Shown here piece after piece: positions 61,321 to 64,000 of a stretch of DNA of 64,000 nucleotides; the first letter of the stretch is position 1, and each line of letters begins with the position of its first letter. The position numbers and the translations under genes are program-made. The notes under the pieces were generated by a model. It did not search any database, was not told the DNA's origin, and saw nothing but the letters and a program-made list of their open reading frames with translations. The DNA comes from Eledone cirrhosa (taxonomy: Eukaryota): positions 41,230,001 through 41,294,000 of the forward strand of contig OZ024742.1 in assembly GCA_964016885.1 (NCBI GenBank). Direction: 5' to 3'.

Positions 61321-61839
61321 TCCACCAATGAAATGTAATCACACTTTCTACTATTCTGTGTATATGTGCGACATCTGAATGAGTATGCTTCCGGGTCTCG
61401 GCCGACAGGATGGAGAATACATTACCCTTAAGGATAATGAGGGAGACGCATTGAAACAGCCACTCCACCTCGCACCTATGAGCAATCAACACCGCTCCGA
61501 CAGCAGTGAGGTGGTCTGGAGGTCAAGAACGCTGGAAGTCTCTACGACAAACCTTTCAGAGAGCAGCCGACACTTGGACAGTTCGCCCTCTTCAGCTTGG
61601 CGGACAGCAGAGCCTCGGCTGGTAGTCGAACGCACCAGGTTGCCACTAGAGAAGGTGTCACAGCATCCCTCTGTACACAAAAAAACATAAGAGATTATCT
61701 TTATGCATCTTAGAGATTATTGTTTTTCATCAGAAAATTACTTGTATTATGATGGTCACTATTTATCTCTAGTGTGATGTAAAAGTTATCTGAAGTAGCA
61801 GTCCTAATTTGCATAACATGTATTCTTTTGAAAACAATT

Positions 61840-62425
61840 AATTGAGAGAGTTGTGGGGGCAGAATCCTCGAACACTCCTCCACTGAGTCCTGTCAGAAGC
61901 AACTGTCTCCCCAAGTGAGATAAGCGAAGCTCATGGATGATATCTACCATCCTGGGTGTCATGCTAGTTGGTTTTGACCGTACAATCTGTCCAGTGATTC
62001 TTTCCTGAAACATTATAAATATATGCCCATAGTATTGGAGCTGTGATCTCTCAATTTGAAGAGGTAGTGACTCTACCTGGAGCGACTCTGATATCCAAGC
62101 TATGCACTCTATCAAGTAACATTACTCTAAAAACCCTTTAGAGGAACCCCATTTCATCCACTTGAATTCATGATCATATTCTTTCAGTTATTGCCCAAGA
62201 TAGGTAAGGGTTGGCACGAATACCGAACTGAAGACAGCAAGTTTTGCTTCTACACCTACCTCCCTTCTGATTACCAACTGCTGAAGCTGGTACATTACTG
62301 CACCAGCTCTTGCAATTCTTGTACTTAATTCAGCCTCCTACCTTCCATTACCTGTGAACATGGCCCAGAGATACTTGACATTCTCCACCTGCTTCAGAGG
62401 AACTCCAATCACATGTAGAGTGGTG
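61840..62425 (-). mobile_element. RTE LINE 3' fragment (PHD-less family)
   Basis: ESLPLQIERSQLQYYGHI..M.QERITGQI; homologous to 6410-6795 and 12860-13205. Confidence 0.8.
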
Positions 62426-63226
62426 TTATCACTGTATCACATTAAAAATTAAAGATTTTTACTAATTTTTTTATTATTATTACACCTGTCTTGGAGACAG
62501 CTGTTATTGAATTTTTTTTTTCTGAAGTAGTTAGTAGATAAGGTTAGGATTTGGAAGGTGAAATTTATATTTTTATTATGTGTTTTGAATGAATATAGCC
62601 TACAGAATCATTGTAAATAATACTGCAAATATTCACAACATTCTCTTCACTAGTGAAGATGCTATAAATATTTCAATTAACAAACCTGTTTTTAGATATT
62701 TTCAGCTAAATCATTATAGGATGTTGAAATTTAATGTAGATATAACTACAGGTTTTGAATTAGAAGCTTCATTGTGAAAAAAACTATAAGCATTTTTTAC
62801 TACCTCTGACATAAAAAAGCTACATAAAATTTCTTAAATTTTCTAATATACACTGTATTATAACTTTTCTCCCTCACGTACTCTGTGCACCACATATGCT
62901 GTCCCTTTCTCTCAATTTCTTGACCTCTGCAGCAAAGACACTGACTTTGATATGAAGTCAATGCAAATACATTAACATTTTCCTCCCATCTATATAGCCC
63001 CACCCCACCCAACTTGCATGGATGCTGCCTTTTATCAAACCAAGCCATCAGTTAAATAACCAGACTTCTGCTATGCATTCATCTACCATCACCTATTCTG
63101 TGACTCAACCCTTTCATCACACAATCCTCCATAACTTTTGCTTTCTACAATCAGACTGCTGAGCCTCTCCTCAAAAAGGGATAAATATATATATTGCTTT
63201 CTGGTCAGGAGTTACTTCATTGTTAA

Positions 63227-63432
63227 CCACACCCAACCTGAAACCTTCACACCAAACCAAGAAATTCCACACCCACACTCAACTTAGAACCTCCACACCA
63301 ACCCTAAAACCCCAACACCCACCCTAAAACCTCTACACCCAATGTAGAACTGCCACACCCACCCTAAAACCTCTACACCCAACTTAGAACCTCCACATCC
63401 ACCCTAAAACCTCTACACCCAACTTAAAGCCT
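63227..63432. repeat. ~20-bp C-rich minisatellite (~10 units, alternating dimer)
   Basis: cacacccaccctaaaacctc / tacacccaacttagaacctc units. Confidence 0.85.
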
Positions 63433-63644
63433 GCACCAGTGCAACACTTGTCCCTTCAACTTCCAAACTAGACTTTACTAGATTACAGATTTACAATCAA
63501 TATATCATCCACTTCAGCTGTACATTCTCTAAGAGAGGAATATGCCACGTAATGTGTAAACTTGATAATGCCTTGTGTTGCTATGTTGAGAGGTAATTTC
63601 TGGGAACATAATGTAAATGTTCCTGATGGTAAGGGAGTCCTTAG

Positions 63645-63869
63645 TCGTTTAGCATTTACATTACTCTATATTTACTATTGTATTTCCACAGTAAACACTT
63701 TATCTCACGTAATTATTTCACATAACATTGAATCTATGGGATTTTGATATTATTTATTTTGAGAACAATGCCTTAACATCAGTATGAGGGGCTGGTTATG
63801 GCCGGTTTGAACAGAAAGAGGTGAGATAATTCTGGCCGGATACGGCCAGTTTAAATGCTAAAGGGTTAA
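63645..63869. mobile_element. piggyBac-like MITE family 1 (inverted)
   Basis: tttagcatttaca ... tttaaatgctaaaggg-TTAA. Confidence 0.8.
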
Positions 63870-64000
63870 ACAATCACCATCCTCATCATTAATTTATGTC
63901 GGCTTTGCAATCTGGCATGGGTTGACAGGTCTTTGTAGTCAGAGACTAGATGAGTCAGAAAACCACATCTTGCTCAGATGTTCCATATTTTGGCATGGTT

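Overview
Eukaryotic, AT-rich, repeat-dense genomic DNA. The SINE/LINE/microsatellite landscape suggests an octopod cephalopod, but that is inference. The left third holds two convergent spliced genes: MED18 (+, 6 coding exons, 1323-8286, 212 aa), whose last intron is a U12-type minor-spliceosome intron, and a FAM199X-like gene (-, 6 coding exons, 19046-12470, 281 aa). The middle (~23.0-51.4 kb) is a ~28 kb compound (TA)n/(TACA)n/(CA)n array with C almost exclusively on the + strand. It is interrupted by young RTE-clade LINEs whose reverse transcriptase carries an inserted C4HC3 PHD-type finger, by partner tRNA-derived SINEs sharing a LINE 3' tail, and by a ~1.75 kb non-coding element containing a minimal type I hammerhead ribozyme motif. 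The right part is decayed LINE/SINE/MITE sequence with several long foldbacks, including a perfect 342-bp palindrome. The very long Y/I/M/C/V/H/T ORFs in the ORF track are microsatellite artefacts.
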